A stretch of 64,000 nt of DNA from Tubulanus polymorphus (taxonomy: Eukaryota; Animalia; Nemertea). Position numbers and translations under genes: made by a program. Positions 47,701 to 60,148 of this stretch are shown here, piece after piece (position 1 is the first letter of the stretch; every line of letters begins with the position of its first letter). The stretch spans positions 17,211,101 to 17,275,100 of the forward strand of contig NC_134025.1 of NCBI RefSeq assembly GCF_964204645.1, in the 5' to 3' direction. The notes below the pieces were generated by a model. It was not told the origin of the DNA. It did not search any database and saw only the letters and a list, made by a program, of their open reading frames with translations.

Positions 47701-49813
47701 CATTTCAGTTTTCAAGTGCTGACGAACAATCAACAAATATCCTTTTATTTTTCATGATTTGTTTTCCTCACATTACATTCACATCTAAATGGAGTATTCA
47801 CATATGTTTATGAAATATATCTTTCAGTTTTTAACAGCGGAGACAGAAGCGCCACCTATATTTCCTTTTGATAACAACTCGTCCCCAGGTAACAGAGAAT
47901 TTAGAATGAATTAAATACAAATATTTTTCCATATGAGATATCTCATTTCGATTCTCAAAACATTATCAGCTGATCCAGATCACGATGTTTTGGATTACCC
48001 TGTGGTCACACTAGCAAAAAAGAAGAGAAAATGTGAAGAGAAGAGATACTTCATACTTACTGCTGACGATGCCTATGCGAATGCGGTTGCTAAGCAAAAT
48101 CTAAAAGAAAAAAAAGAACAAGAGAGAATTGAAAAGAGGCAAAAAAGACTCACTACAACTGTAAGTTAAAATAGTGCTGCAAATAGGTTATGGTTTTAAT
48201 GTACCATTTATTTACATTTTTCCTGTCACGCTCTTTTTGCAGATTTCATCGAGACCAGAGGAATCAAATATTCCAGTAAGTAGATAACAAAACCATTTGA
48301 GAATGTTAATTCAATGATTCATTATTTGTCAATGAAAAACATGCATTTCAGGGCCATGATGATCAAACTCAAGATGATGATCAAATTCCTGAAGCAAGTA
48401 TGCCTAAAATACAAGAAATAAATATTAGGTAGGCTTGTAGAATTGTAGTTTAGATCTTGTTTGTATACTGACTTGAAAATGGTTGTTTTCTTTTAACAGT
48501 GAGGGTGTCTACATAGCGCTATACCAAGAGGGCAATCGTGGACGAAAACATCTTTATTTTGGAGTGGTACGATTCCTTGAAATTAGTTCTGAGAACAAAT
48601 GCATTCAATGGCTTACCCAATTCATGAAATCTGTTTTCAGATCTTAGAGATTCTTGCCTTTGGAGACGTAGTGATGGTACAGTTTCTTAACCAACCATGT
48701 GAAACTAAAAATTCATTTATATGGCCGGATGTAGACATCATCGAGGAGCACCCCACAGAAAACATCATCTATGATTTAAGCCCTCCAAAAGTCATCAACA
48801 ACAGGATGCAGCTAGAATTTCCAAAAGAAGAATTCCAAAATACGATGGACGTGTTCGCTACATTCTAAAATCAAAATATTTTTGTCAACTTAATCAGTGG
48901 AATATATGTTTTATTTTTAATTTATGGATGTAAATGTTAGGTTTTTGGTAAGTTTTTAGTTTTATAGGTACAAATCTTATTTTTTTATGAGCCTGATATT
49001 TTATTATTCAGGTAGGCATATAAGTTATTTTTTCAAAATACATAACAGCAATTATATATGGGTTGTGTAATACGAATATGTTATGAAATATAAAAGTTTG
49101 AAATACTTAACTTCTGCTTCTGTTTATTTGTTTACCCTCAATCAGCTGATCGGCTAAAATTGCGCGAATTAAAATAGTTTAATTATTGGATTCGAACATC
49201 AATCACCTGCTAACACCCCTACTTTACCCAAATGGCATTGTCCAACTTTCGTTGCCATATTGCTATGAAGCATCAGTGTTTTTTAATCTCATCAACTTTA
49301 TATAAAAAGAATTTGTTTTATATAAAAACATTGTATGAAATGACATATACATTGATTAATCGTCGTAAAATTTGCGCGAAATTAAAATAGTTTAATAATG
49401 GGATTCGAACCTCAATGACATTGCTACCACCCCTACTTAACCAAAATGGCATTGTCCAACTACCGTTCATATAGCTACCTCCCCTACTTTACCAACATGG
49501 CATTGTCCAAGAACGACGCGTTGTGAGTACATATAAATGATAGCAAATATTTTCGTTATTTCGTTTCCGAAATTATGTGGAGTGCTTCCGAATTTACGTA
49601 ACCAGGTATTCCGAAATTATGTTGTCTCTTAAAATGACATAAATTGACATATCTTTTAAAGGGAACTCGTTTTAAACGATTCCTTAATGATATTAGACCG
49701 CAGAAATATGCGGCTATGAAAAAAAGTGCTATTGGCAATTCCTATAGTCGAAGATTAATGCCCGTGAAATTAGTTGATTAAAAAACGGCTTCCGAAATTA
49801 CGTGGAGTTACCC
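44773..49813 (+). mobile_element. Full-length pogo/Tigger-family DNA transposon
   Basis: 25-bp TIR GGGTAACTCCACGTAATTTCGGAAG with its perfect inverse ending at 49813; TA duplication; subterminal ATAATTTCGGAA repeats. Confidence 0.93.
45538..48868 (+). CDS. Spliced pogo-type transposase (HTH_psq, CENP-B HTH, DDE_1)
   Basis: Exons ~45538-45849, 45927-46159, 46516-46720, 46806-46993 and 47068-47314 splice in frame, giving [15 protein letters not shown] and LQPLD; several further small exons to 48868 are less certain. Confidence 0.88.
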
Positions 49814-50987
49814 TATGTGTATGCGTAGGCCTAACATCCGGACAGATTGGTCGTGGGCCTATTGAATAACAACCCTCCTAAATGTCGAAAATTTTGTTTT
49901 GAGGTTCAATCCAATGGGTCCGTTAATAAACGCAACAATTATACTGTGTTTGTTTGAGACAGTAAAGCTCAATACCGGTAGGCCTAAAGCCACGTAAAAC
50001 TCGATAAACACTTCAAGCGACAAAGCGAATGATCTCCTTTCCCCCACAGCGAACGCTTACTCCAAATTCCAAGTGTGACTCCAGCATACGGAAAGGAGTG
50101 TGTTATATACTTGTATTTAGTAAATACCTTGTGCATTTGACAATGATCAGTATGTACTGTAGGAAATATAGAGTATTGATGGTATTGATATATAGGTTGA
50201 AGCCCGCGGCCGAATGGAGTAATATATTCTTTTATTTTGATACCTCGTCGACATAACAGCTTTTCTCCGCTATATCTCTTCGGCGTGTTTAGTTTAGGCC
50301 TACGATTCCCCGGTACACTAAAGATTTATCTTAGTAAATACACGGTTAATTTGGTAAAGAAAAATAGGTATTGTTATACTAACTCCTTGAAACCCGCAGC
50401 CAAATCACTGGTAGTAATAAATTAATTTGTACTCGATTTGATTCTCATGATGAGGAGAAACTCACAGCTGATCCCCGGAACGACGATGTAGTAACACACG
50501 TCGATTCGTCGATGTTTACGGCTCGACAGTGCTTTTAAAATCTAAAGTAGTAAATTTCCAGTGTATCGGTAATATGATTTGATGAGGAAAATGGGCTATT
50601 GTTAAAATCACTGTTTGAAGACCGCGGCTGAATGTGAAGTCTGCGGCAATAAATTAGTTCATTTATACTTGAATTGATAATCGAAGTGACAATCGGCCTG
50701 CGGGTTGATTTCGGGATGACGACTCGAAAAACATGTCGCCCCATTCAATGGGGCTAAATTTTCGACGTTTATGGCCCGACAGTGCTTTTGTAACGATGAT
50801 TCGTGAAAAAACACGCAGAGTATTTGTAGATCTCAGTGAGCTAAACGATATCATACGGATTGTATCGACAACAGCGGCAAGGTAACGAAGCCTTAGTTCT
50901 TTTAGTAAAATAGTGAGACATAAAATAATAATAAGAAGAAACACGCGAATCTCAATAGGGTTTTCTGTGATGTAACAGAAAACCCTA

Positions 50988-51240
50988 AATATAAACTTCC
51001 CAAGAAGATCTATTAAAGGTATATTAATATTTCTTATCCTGAAATAACAAAAGTAGAAATAACTATTGAAGGTATAGCAAATAAAATATTTAACCAAGGA
51101 ATGAGAATGATTGATCAATGGCCAGAAATTAGAAAACATTTTATGAATAAAAGTAAAATCATTTAAAAATTGTAATATCAATCAAATTGATTATTATACC
51201 GGTAATAAATATGCATTATGGTTAGTTTTTAGAACAACAG
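50988..51240 (+). pseudogene. Major capsid, 3' part (copy C), fused by deletion to the integrase
   Basis: NFPRRSIKGILIF..PEITKVEITIEG..KYALW. Confidence 0.8.
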
Positions 51241-51247
51241 AAAGGTT

Positions 51248-52137
51248 ATGATGACTATGGTAAGTTATGTAGATCAACAGTGGCAAGGAGATTTAATTGA
51301 TATGAAAAATGTTAAGAAAGATAATGATGATTATTGGTGGATATTGAATATAATTGATATTTTTAGTCCTTATGTATGGAGCTTCCCACTCTATAGAAAA
51401 GATGCTGTACAAACATCAAATGTTTTCAGAAAATTTCTTTCAGGTGGTAAAATAAAGCCAGAAAAAATACAATTTGATGATGGAAAAGAATTTGATAAAT
51501 CATCTGTTCATGAACTCTTGGATTATCATAATATTAAATATTTTTCAACAAAATCGGATAAAAAAGCAGCAGTTGTTGAACGATTAAATAGAACATTAAG
51601 AACAAGAATGTGGAAATATTTTACAGCAAATAATACTTTTAAATGGATTGATGTTTTACCAAAATTGATAGAAGGTTATAATAATTCTTATCATTCTTCT
51701 ATTGGAATGAAACCTATCGATGCTTGAAAACCTGAAAATGCTGAAATTGGAATAATTTATATGGAGCATTTCTTGTAGATGATTTTGGTGAACCTAAATT
51801 TAAAGTTGGTCAAAATGTTAGAATTTCTAAGTATAAAAAAATATTTGACAAAGGATACGATCGTAATTTTACTAGAGAAATATATGAAATAAAAAAGGTA
51901 ATAACAACAAAACCATATGTCTATAAATTAGAAGATTTAGATGGTGAAGAAGTTGATGGGTACTTTTATGACGAAATATTAAGTTTAACTACTGAAAATC
52001 TAGAACAAGAATATAAAATTGAAAAAGTATTAAAAACAAAAACTGTTAATAGAAAAAAATAATCTTTAGTAAAACGGGTTGGATGGCCGGATAAATTCAA
52101 TGAATGGATATTATCGAGTAAAATTAAAGATATATAA
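51248..52137 (+). pseudogene. rve integrase (copy C), disrupted
   Basis: Near-identical to 26818-27705; stops and a small deletion. Confidence 0.9.
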
Positions 52138-52769
52138 ATGAATAAGGAATTATTTATACTTGAGCCTCATAATATGTTAATTTCTGGTGTAACAAATTGT
52201 GGAAAAACTTATTTTATATTAAATTTATTAGAAACTATTTATAAAAACTATTTTGATAATATAGTATTATTTTGTCCAACCTATGAATTTAATCAAACTT
52301 ATAATAGAAATATTACTAGAAATAATAAATTTATTGTTTGTATTAGATCCTAAAACAGTTTAGATAATTTAGATAATTTTAGAAAATTTAGATAATTGTA
52401 TTAAAATAGCAATTGATATTTATAAAGGATCAAATACATTATTTATCATAGCTGATTGTGCAAATTTACATGATTCAAAAATAAGAGAGAGTGAATTATG
52501 TTATTTAGCTTTCTCTGGAAGACATTTTGGGATAACAACGTGGGATTTAAATCAAAAATATAATTCAATTGTTAAAGATTTTAGAGAAAACATTAGATTT
52601 TTAGTATTATTCTACAATAAAGATAGAAAATCGATGAAAAATGTGCTTGAGGAAAATGATATTATTCCACATGATTTACGTAATGAATATATGGATAAAA
52701 TTGAAAAATAACAAAAGATCAAAATTACTATTTCGATTACAACACCCATTTAAATATGAATTCATTTAA
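52138..52769 (+). pseudogene. Packaging ATPase (copy C), disrupted
   Basis: GVTNCGKT; matches 27706-28314. Confidence 0.9.
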
Positions 52770-52971
52770 ACTCAACTAGCTTGTTAATCTAGTATATTTT
52801 AGTCAAATTCTAGTCAAATCTTAGTTATTAGTAGTTGAAACAAAAATCAAATAAATTTCAACAAGAAATAAATAAAAACAATAATATTTCGACTAGCTTG
52901 TTAATCTAGTATATTTTTAGTTACATTCCAGATAAATTCTAGTTGCAACAGCACAGTTTTTTGTTATATAA

Positions 52972-53875
52972 ATGGGAGGTGAAAGGAAAATAAAATCTAA
53001 AAATAGCGATGTTCCAATTGAAAAAACTTTAGATGATTTATGTATAACAGAAACAAATTTAACACCAGATAATAATGGTGCTTTAAATGATATTACTACA
53101 AACAATAATTATGAATATTATCTTTATTGTAAACATCAATTAGAAATATAAATAGCATCTGGGAAATGTAAAAGTTTTACTAGTAAAAATTTAGCTTATA
53201 ATGAATTAGATACAATGAAATCAGATGAAATTATTTAAGATTTATGAAATTGCGAGAATAGCTAGAATTAATGATGCAATATCAGAAAATGTAGTAAAAG
53301 GTTATGGTAAATTATGTAAATATATACTACCAATTGAAGATGAAAATAGATTATATGCTGATTTAAAAAATGATTATTTAGTTATGACTGAATTAAATAA
53401 ATGGATTGGATATTTATCATTTCAATTAGGTGGATTTATGACATTATTATCAACTGGAGTTATAACATTTTCAAATATTGAAAGTAAAAATTTTTCTATA
53501 ATAAATGAGCGAGGTGGAAGAAGTGAAGGAATTATTAACTGTGAAGAAAAAACCGAGATCACAGAAACAAATTGAATGGTCTCGGCAATAAGGAATTAAA
53601 TCGAGAGAATTTAAAAAAGCTATAAAAGAAAAAATAGATGATGAAAATGTTAATAATAATGGTGAAAATATTTTTATTTCTACTCCTGATAGTAGAATAT
53701 TTGATAGATATTTATATTTTACAACTAGATTCGTAATTGTATTCATTTTGATTGGGTGTAGTTGGTATAAAAAATCAAATAAAATTTATGTTATTAATAA
53801 TTCTGAAACTACTACTATCAAAAATGAAAATACTTCTGAAATTCCAAAATTCACAATAAAAGAAATGGATTTATA
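52972..53875 (+). pseudogene. Two accessory genes (homologs of 28620 and 29157), disrupted
   Basis: Collinear with 28620-29525. Confidence 0.8.
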
Positions 53876-53906
53876 TTTTAGAAAAAAAGCAAAAAAATGA
53901 TTTCAT

Positions 53907-55186
53907 TTTTAGCCCACTTGGGACTTTAGTCCCAGCGGGCTATTGCGTTCACTTTTCGTCCGTCCGTCCGTTCGTTCGTCCGTCCGTTGACGGAATCCAG
54001 TTATTTTGGGAAGTTTTGAAGACGCTTCAAGGTAATGTCTTGATATTTGGTTTATACATGTATCTACCCTAGACACATCTTCAGCCCAAAAATTGGCCCT
54101 GTCAGATTCAAGATGGCCGACTGGCAGCCATTGTTGTTCGCCAAAATCAGCACTTTTTACACATTTTCGAAGTTTACGAGGGAAATTTTGAAGACGCTTT
54201 GATCATTTACCTTGATCTTTCGATTAAATTTGAATCTACCAAGGGCCCATCAGCATAAGAAAGATTGGGTCCATCTGACTCAAAATGGCCGTCCTATGAC
54301 CTTTTTAGTGCCCAAAAATGTCAAATTTGGCCAGAATTCTAGGTCCTGTAGCTTCCTACTGGTTTGCCATTTCTCATTGCAATTAGTGATGGGTATTCTT
54401 TGTAAAGGGATGTTTTATACCTGAGACAGGTATTTTTGATCCTCCAATTATGATGCAATTGGCGGCCATCTTGGTGTCATAAGTACTTATTTGTAGGTGG
54501 GAAAAAGCTTTTCGACATTATATTGATACCTAAGCATATTTTGATACAACAATGAATTAGAAAGTTGTAGCGTATAACGTGTTCTATGATCGGGGTGAGT
54601 TTTAAGTTCATTGTTTTTTGTATATGGCCACCAGGGGGCGTTGAATAATACAATATCTTAGTATTTCTATAGGCCTATTATATTTGTACCAATACATATT
54701 TTGTTACCGCAATCAATTGCAAAGTTGGAGCTCATGACATCTTCCATGATTATGGTGAGTTTTAAGGACATTAGTTAATGTATATGGTCACCAGGGGGCG
54801 TTGAATAGTAGAATAACCTGGTATTTCCTTATTATATTGGTACCTAGGCATATTTTGTTACCATCATCAATTGCAAAGTTGTAGTTCATGACATGTTCTA
54901 TGAATATGGTGAGTTACAAGGTTATTTGGTTTTGAATATGGTCACCAGGGGGCGTTGAATAGTAGAATAACTTAGTATTTCCATATTAAATTGTCAACGA
55001 GGCATTGTTTGTTATCACAATCAATTACAAAATCGTAGCTGCTGACATGTTTTATGATTGTATTGAGTTTCAAGGTCATTGGTTTATGTATATGGTCACC
55101 AGAGGGCGTTGAATATTGAAATTGTTAGATTGTTGAGCATTTGAAACCACTTCCCAAGTGGGCATGGTGTCCCTGGACTCCTAGTT
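53907..55186. mobile_element. Helentron-associated (HINE/DINE-like) non-autonomous element
   Basis: Starts TTTTAGCCCACTTGGGA, then a (GTCC)n microsatellite and internal ~155-bp tandem repeats; ends TCCCAAGTGGGC..CTAGTT; absent from copy B; partial second copy at 56586-56830. Confidence 0.8.
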
Positions 55187-55298
55187 AATTAATTGAATAT
55201 CTCACAACTTTTGTCTATCTATGCGGAGCAATTAAATTGTCCAGATAAGTCATTTCGGATTCTCAATATATAATCAATTTTATTATCAATTTATTTTT

Positions 55299-55626
55299 TT
55301 AATCAACAATTTCTAAATCATGATGCCTGTCTTCATTTTTTCCATGATAGATTATTTTAAATCCTTCTAAATCTTTTAATCCCTCTGTACTCAATGAAAC
55401 CCATTTATCAGGTAAAAATACTTTAAATTCTCGCGTTGTACTAACATTACAATAACTTAAATTTGCTGATACTTTCTCTCCATATTTAGTTTTTATATTT
55501 TCTAATTTCAGTATTTTGTGTTCAATTTCTTTTGTAACATCAACTAACTTTTTTATTTCAAATTGTTTTTTTTGCTGGTTTTATTCTGTTATTTATTGCT
55601 GCTAAGAATGATTTTCTATCTCCCAT
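55299..55626 (-). pseudogene. Small terminal gene (TKYG..VFLP protein), 1-nt frameshift
   Basis: Matches the rejoined 29663..31103; one extra T in a T-run. Confidence 0.7.
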
Positions 55627-55776
55627 TTATTATGGGAAAAAATTACTTGTGGTGATGAGTGGTGTGTCGCCCTCTCGCCCTCTGATCTGAAACCCACATT
55701 TACCAATTACTGTTGATTCCAAAAGATTTTGGCTCATTTGCATTGATAGACAGGTTTTATGAATGATTTTACTATG

Positions 55777-55945
55777 GGGGTCATTCATTTATTACATACG
55801 CATTCGGGGAGGGGGAGGGGTCAGTGCAATTGCGTACTGTAATGCTTAATGTATACGGAAAAATGGCCGATTTTGCGTACAGAGGGGGAGGGGGGGGGGG
55901 TTGAAAAATTCAAATTTCATGCGTACGTAATTAATGAATGATCCC
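55777..55945. mobile_element. Short Harbinger-like MITE
   Basis: GGGGTCATTCATTTATTACATACGCAT versus ATGCGTACGTAATTAATGAATGATCCC. Confidence 0.7.
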
Positions 55946-56072
55946 ATGCCGTGTCAAAATGCGTCGTAAAACGCGCATCACACTTTTCCTAATCAATAAT
56001 GGTCATCATAATCGATAGTGGCGCCCCGTGCGGATATGAACATACCTACCCTTGTTATTTTTTATATAGTTA

Positions 56073-56553
56073 CCGTAAATTGGGGTGACTTGAGACAATA
56101 TGGCTGATGAGGGATTTGTGTGTTAACCAACTAGTAGTCTCAAGTCACCCGAACTAAAATTTTCAGTGCAATTTCATATGGGGTTACTGGATACAGGCCC
56201 GTCTCTAGTGACAGCATGCAAAAAGATTCCTGAATGTACAGGACCCAACCATGAGTCGGCCTATTTTGTCTGCCTGACTGAGTCTAGGGGGTTAAAAACT
56301 ACGCATATATTCATTTTACTAAAATTCTGTGTTATTTTGTGTATGTCTCAAGTCACCCCTCACCTTGAGGTGACATGAGTTGTTTTTGAATAAAAAAATT
56401 TAGAAAATAATAAGACACATTTTTTCATCATGCCTAGAACTGAAGAGGGACCAATTGTTGTTCAAATAATCATCATTTGGGTAGATTGTAGGTAGGTCCT
56501 CGAGCTGCATTTGAAAAAATCACTAATAAGTCTCAAGTCATCCCGATTTACGG
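56073..56553. mobile_element. Tc1/mariner-pogo-type MITE
   Basis: TA|CCGTAAATTGGGGTGACTTGAGAC ... GTCTCAAGTCATCCCGATTTACGG|TA. Confidence 0.85.
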
Positions 56554-56585
56554 TACTATAGACATTGGATTAACAGATTATCGTT

Positions 56586-56830
56586 TTAAGCCCACTTGGG
56601 ACTTTAGTCCCAGCGGGCTATTGCGTTCACTTTTCGTCCGTCGTCTGTCCGTAGACGGAATCCAGTTATTTTGGGAATTTTTGTAGACGCTTCAATGTAA
56701 TGTCTTGATATTTGGTTTATACATGTATCTACCCTAGACACATCTTCAGCCCAAAAACCGTCCCTGCCAGAATCAAGATGGCCGGCTGGCAGCCATTGTG
56801 GTTCGCCAAAATCAGCACTTTTTACACATT
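56586..56830. mobile_element. 5' fragment of the same HINE-like family as 53907
   Basis: Near-identical to 53910-54165. Confidence 0.85.
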
Positions 56831-58969
56831 AAAAGTTACATAGTAACAAGCAGCTGGGGTCCAGCGAAGCAGCTATGCTCAGTGTGAGTTTGACCACTTA
56901 AAGCTGTCAGTATCAATTAAATTGTTGTTGATACTGGCTCTTTGAGACTAGTGAAATGCCGCGGTCATAACCACTAGGATAGACTTTAGTTTATACTCCA
57001 CATCCGGGCCACTACAGTTGAACCTATATCTGAAAATAAAGTATGACTGAATGTGTTGTTAAGCAATGACATTAAATCATGCAAAAATAATATTGATTTA
57101 TAGAATATCTAGGTTCTGAAATGAAGAAAATGTATAAGTTACTGCAAAAAAATTGATTGTTTAAGGAAATAACAAAATTCATGCAAATGGATATGACTAG
57201 CAATGCATGCAATATAAATTTATGAAATTTATAAAAATATGAATGAACAGTGAGAATATGAATAGAATTCTTTTGACTAGAATTTGACTAAGATGACCAG
57301 CATTCAATTATTCCAAAAATCTAAAATTCACAACGTTTCAATCTCACTCTAGAGATCATCGTCAAGTGTACATTAGTAATAAGCATAAATCATGCTGTCC
57401 ACGATCTCTACACTGTAAATATCCAGGATAGATCAGGATATCTTTCGTCGTGGAATAATAGAAATATAATGATGTGAATATGATAAATAATTTGGGAAAG
57501 CTTGAACTTGAAAACGAAATTTTAAAAAAGTTCATCTCTGCTCAATATTCTTAGTTGCGCACTGTCTTATGAGTAATCATGTAATTCGAGGATATGCATT
57601 TTAATTCGAGCTCCATCCAGTCGGCCGGAGTTTCCAGTCGGCGCGGTTGGTTTTTAGTAGGAGCCCTATAGGTAGATGTTCGTTTGAGCAAATGGCCTCC
57701 ATGGCCCGTTTATGGTTGCCACCCTTGTTTTTTCAAATTACCTTTCCCTGATTTTCCACATTTCAAAGTCATGTTACACAAAGAACAAAATGCAAGTCCA
57801 GGAGCATCTATTTTTCTTCAAATAGATCAACATAACATCGCCCATGCAATTCTCCTCTCCCAACCATGCCCATTTCCATGTATTTGTAACATCACGATCT
57901 AGGCCTATAGTTTTAATATCGGCACTTGCATGACTAACTATTTTGGAATTCATTTTGAGCGATCCACACTCAATGACTTTTGAGAATCAAGAGACTTACG
58001 AACTTAGAACAATGAACGGTCACTGCTGTCTAGCCTACAAATGTGGTCACGTCACACATGTGCACGATAAATCCGGAAAGCTTTCCTCCCTGCGATTGAT
58101 AGCTGCATTATATCGGTTACAATTACTGGCAACTGCACCGGCTCACATCGTCACGTAATAAGCATTTTGAGAATAGATTTCATTTAGTTTTAATAATAGC
58201 GGAATATATTTCCAGTTGAAAAGCAGTTTCTAAAGACCTTTATCTTTCTTATTCTGTTTTGAAAAAATGTGCTAGCAACATCATAGATGGGGCCGCTCAC
58301 CCCATAATTCTACCCATTTCGTTGTAATTCATTCATTCAATTTCCAATGTACATTTGAAACAGTTTGTGAATTGCCTTTTCACCCTATGTAACTAACCCC
58401 ACATGTTTTTGGTTAGTGAGCCACAGATAAATGGACATCATCTTCAACTGATGTCAACATATACATTTGAAACATATTGTGAATTGCCTTTGCCTCTATC
58501 TAACTAGCCCCACATGCTTTGGACATGTAACTTGCCCGCGTGTTTCGGACATGTTGGCAATACATAAACGAACATTATCTGATGTCAACTTGTACAATTG
58601 AAATCATTTGGGAATTGCCTTTGCTGTGATTATACTGCTATACACCTTGCTATACTTAGATATTTAACCTTACTTGATGAATAAACTTATTTACCATAGA
58701 CAATAAATCATCTTAGCTGATCAAGGCACAATCACATTTTCATTTTCCACAATAACTGACATTGATGATGTAGGCCTATACTTAATGCAAATGAAGATAT
58801 TTTTCCTTAGCCTTAAAAGCGATGGCTTGTTAGCTGACCATAATGATCAGAGGTGGATTTAAAGGTTCTTGAGTACTGCGCTGCTGCTGCTGTAGGCAAC
58901 TATGTCATAGAAAATTTTTGATTTTGTAGAGCTCTGAGTTCAATCTCAATCAATTTGGGGCTCCATTTG

Positions 58970-60148
58970 ATGAGAACAGTACTCACAGACATAAAACGTT
59001 CTTCTCATTTCAGGAGTTATACCCCTCTGCAAGTATACAGGATGACACAGCATTTGCGGTACACTCTTCTGTCAAGAAGGCTTTCTCAGATTCATATAGA
59101 GAGAAAAAGCAAATTATTCTACCATGATTCTTTGGCGATAACATATGCTAGCTATGGGGATCCTACAAAAACACTTGTAAAAACTAACATCAGTCTACCA
59201 AAAAAACTTTCTCCAAATGAAATTTTAGTGAAAATGATGGCAGCTCCTATCAACCCAGCAGACATTAATATGATTGAAGGTGTTTACCCAATAAAACCAG
59301 CCTTGCCAGCAGTTGCTGGCAATGAAGGTGTGGGTATTATTGTTGACACTGGAAGTGACGTACAAACCATCGAGTGTGGGGACTGGGTTATTCCCAGTAC
59401 TTCTGGTTGGGGAACCTGGAGAACGATGGCCATTTGTGCAGAGGAAGAGGTTAAGAAAATTGACAATGATATACCTGTGACAAAAGCAGCAACAATAGCT
59501 GTCAATCCATGTACAGCTTATAGATTGCTTTTAGACTTTGTAAATCTTAAACCAGGTGATACAGTTATTCAAAATGGAGCTAATAGTGCTGTTGGTCAAG
59601 CTGTCATTCAAATTGCCAATTCAATGGACCTGAAAACTGTAAATATTTTGAGGCCAAGAGAAGACTTGAAGCAATTAACTGAATATCTCAAAGGAATTGG
59701 TGCTACACAGGTCCTTACTGAGGAAGAATCAAGATATCCTGAAACAAAAGAATTGTGGAAAGTGCTGAAGAAGCCAATGTTAGCGCTGAATTGTGTAGGT
59801 GGCAAAAGTGCTACACAGCTTATAAGACATCTTGATAAAAATGGTGTAATGGTTACTTACGGTGGAATGTCAAGACAGCCAGTTACTATTCCCACTGCAC
59901 AGTTCATTTTTAATAACATAAAGCTTGTGGGATTCTGGATGACTGAATGGAACCTGAATAATAGATCATGTGCTGATGGTGATAAAATGTTGAAATATCT
60001 TTGTGACCTTATACATAAGGGTAAATTACAACAGCCTATTTGCGAATTTACCCACATATCAGATTATGCAAATGCTGTAAAAGCATCACTCCAATCACGC
60101 ACTTCCAAAAAACAAATTTTGTACATGGATGACGCTGTATGTCAGTAG
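58970..60148 (+). CDS. MECR: Mitochondrial trans-2-enoyl-CoA/ACP reductase (MDR superfamily)
   Basis: APINPADINMIEGVY, GNEGVG, VNPCTAYRLL, IQNGANSAVGQAVIQ, ALNCVGGKS, TYGGMS, GFWM; basic N-terminal transit-like peptide; first ATG at 58970. Confidence 0.95.
   Translation: MRTVLTDIKRSSHFRSYTPLQVYRMTQHLRYTLLSRRLSQIHIERKSKLFYHDSLAITYASYGDPTKTLVKTNISLPKKLSPNEILVKMMAAPINPADINMIEGVYPIKPALPAVAGNEGVGIIVDTGSDVQTIECGDWVIPSTSGWGTWRTMAICAEEEVKKIDNDIPVTKAATIAVNPCTAYRLLLDFVNLKPGDTVIQNGANSAVGQAVIQIANSMDLKTVNILRPREDLKQLTEYLKGIGATQVLTEEESRYPETKELWKVLKKPMLALNCVGGKSATQLIRHLDKNGVMVTYGGMSRQPVTIPTAQFIFNNIKLVGFWMTEWNLNNRSCADGDKMLKYLCDLIHKGKLQQPICEFTHISDYANAVKASLQSRTSKKQILYMDDAVCQ

Larger units (their letters stand above)
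43324..50987. mobile_element. 7.7-kb composite insertion in the capsid gene (Helentron/HINE-like outer element carrying nested elements)
   Basis: Capsid sequence resumes exactly at 50988; AATATA on both sides; 3' hairpin TAGGGTTTTCTGT-GATGTA-ACAGAAAACCCTA. Confidence 0.75.
41404..55711 (+). mobile_element. Polinton-like copy C (5'-truncated, with deletions and nested insertions)
   Basis: Same gene order as copy B from the membrane protein to the terminus. Confidence 0.88.

Noticed and set aside
50663-51181. 172-aa minus-strand ORF
   Set aside because: Spans the insertion/capsid junction in antisense and has no motifs.
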